NCBI RefSeq assembly: GCF_000143415.4
Contig: NW_003314366.1
Coordinates: forward strand, 384,997-448,996
Direction of reading: 5' to 3'
Length of the DNA: 64,000 nucleotides
From: Selaginella moellendorffii
Taxonomy: Eukaryota > Plantae > Lycopodiophyta
Shown piece after piece: positions 62,173-64,000 of the stretch. How positions within the stretch are numbered: position 1 is the stretch's first letter; every line of letters starts with the position of its first letter. Below the pieces are notes generated by a model. That model saw nothing but the letters and a program-made list of their open reading frames with translations, did no database searches and had not been told where the DNA came from. The position numbers and the translations under genes were made by a program.

Positions 62173-64000
62173 TATGGTGTTTTAACATTCTTGTTCAAAA
62201 CAAATTTTCTTAGATAATGATCTTGTGTTTATAGTCGAGGCATTTCACATCTTGATATTTTTAATTGGGGATATACCACACTTTCATAAATGATTATCAT
62301 TAACAAACAAATGGTTTGGTGGAATGGCTCATTTGAACATTCAAAGGGATGATCATAAAGTATATGACCTAGATTGGGATGATTATTTGCCATTTTTTAG
62401 TATGCATATATTATGAGGGTATAAAATTCTATTGGTGCTTCACCATATAAACTCTTATATAATCATGATTCAATATTATTAATAGATTTGAATTTACCTT
62501 CATGATTGCCACAAACTACTGATGCTAGATCTTGGGATTAATATTTGACAAGCATTAGTTCAAGCAAAACAAGTGGGACAATAACAACATTATAACTCTC
62601 ATTATCATCTATTTACAAAGTATAAAGTGAATGATTTAATATTAGTTTGTTTTCCTAATTTTATAGTATATAGTTTATTTAAGGGGTTTATTGACCATAT
62701 GAAGTGTTATAGCAAGTTGGACAACAAGTTTATAAGGTTTGACATGACATTTAATAGATTGATCTTTTATAAATTATACATATGCAACAGCTGAAGTGTT
62801 TCGTATAAATGCTATTAAAGTGCTATTATTAAATACACAATGCATCCATTTCTTTTTCCTCCTCTTTAATTTTGTCTAGATTTTTATTTTCTCTTCTTTT
62901 GATGACATAAAAAATAAATTCATAATAAAATTTTATACTTGCATTATAAAGTATATAGAAGTTCATCTTATCACCTCAAGCTCTATAGAGCATAATGATC
63001 TAAGTTTTGTTAAAAAACTTTGGGCAAGGTCTTAGGGTGTTGCTAGTGAATGAACCATTCAATCAAGTACATATGATAGCAATTATATAGTTTTTACCTC
63101 CTAGTTAGCTGGTTACTGCAGCAAGGAAGTGGTTCAAATATTTTGAAACATATAACTTCACACCAGGTTTTAGAGGAGAAAAGAGTAATCTGAAGGTCAT
63201 TTATTAATGTTTGGAGTGATTTGCAGGGCAGTCAAGTTTACAAAACTTTACCACATTGTTTTCTTTTAATTTCTCACTGTATTTTTGAAACCAAGAACAC
63301 AAAGCATTTCATTGCTAAAGCTTACATATAGTGTTCTATAGTTATCATTAATATCATGATGAATCATCATCTTATAGAAATAATTTATATTGTTAGTATC
63401 ATCTCATAGAAATACTGTTATTTTAGTAGATCAGGTTTTTCTTAAGACTTTATTCACATCCAAATCACACTTATCATTCTGATTATTCTATTTTAATATG
63501 GACACCCATTTCTAATCTTGTTTTTTGGTATTATTATTGTGGATATTGTTATGAAATTAAAATTGTAGCCAAAATATCTTATTTCTCTACTTATCAACTC
63601 CTTAAGCTTGTTGATTCTTCCATTCTACCTTCCATTCTTCAAACATTGATTTTGATTTAAGTTTTTCACCACCATCAAAACTTTCTTTCAGACTTGTGCT
63701 ATTTTAAATTCTTATGCATTATAATTACCATTATATTTTCTTTTTCACACATTAAAATAAAATGACATGTCTTATTTTTACTACCTTTTTAAACTTTAAT
63801 ATTTTTATTTTCAAAAAATTGTGTTAATATATTTCTTAAACATTCATAATCATAATAATATTCTTCCTTGTTTCCCTTGACACAATTATACTTGTAGATG
63901 CTTTATATATAATATTGTGAGTGCTTGGAATATGGAAAGGGAATACAGAAAATGTTCATATCAATTAGCCCAAAAACCCTAGCTTATATACAGGAGCGAG

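Larger units (their letters stand above)
59300..62800 (+). mobile_element. Ancient AT-eroded Ty3/gypsy pol remnant with later insertions
   Basis: Integrase-like traces: NYLTR*VEV (~61930), YH*QTNGLVE (~62300), DWDDYLP and SIGASPYKLLY. Boundaries are uncertain. Confidence 0.55.

Overview
Compact plant nuclear DNA, most likely a lycophyte such as Selaginella. This is inferred from ~56-bp introns, very short intergenic spacers, an MFT-type PEBP gene and PPR motifs with long inserts. 1-13.2 kb is a nest of LTR retroelements. A degenerate chromodomain-bearing Ty3/gypsy element is interrupted by two insertions of a related family whose LTRs carry 12-bp tandem arrays. Two 5S-rRNA-containing Cassandra TRIMs have inserted into this nest. 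13.7-58.1 kb is gene-dense: three tandem UGTs, a PPR-DYW gene, IMPACT, MFT, an LRR-RLP, ENT, CABIN1, ERF, a RING E3, a TPR protein, ABC1K, UVSSA and a Pro-rich membrane protein, plus two patches of captured or decaying gene fragments. 59-64 kb is AT-rich and holds eroded retroelement remnants. The most notable observations: (i) the PPR-DYW ORF appears to fill almost exactly a same-strand 5'-leader intron of IMPACT; (ii) Cassandra shares termini, PBS and PPT motifs with the chromovirus family it sits in, making that family a candidate autonomous partner; (iii) one Cassandra has an LTR-I-I-LTR structure; (iv) a Pack-like TIR element carries neighbouring DNA; (v) an unexplained, highly structured segment lies downstream of UGT3. 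All alignments were done by eye.
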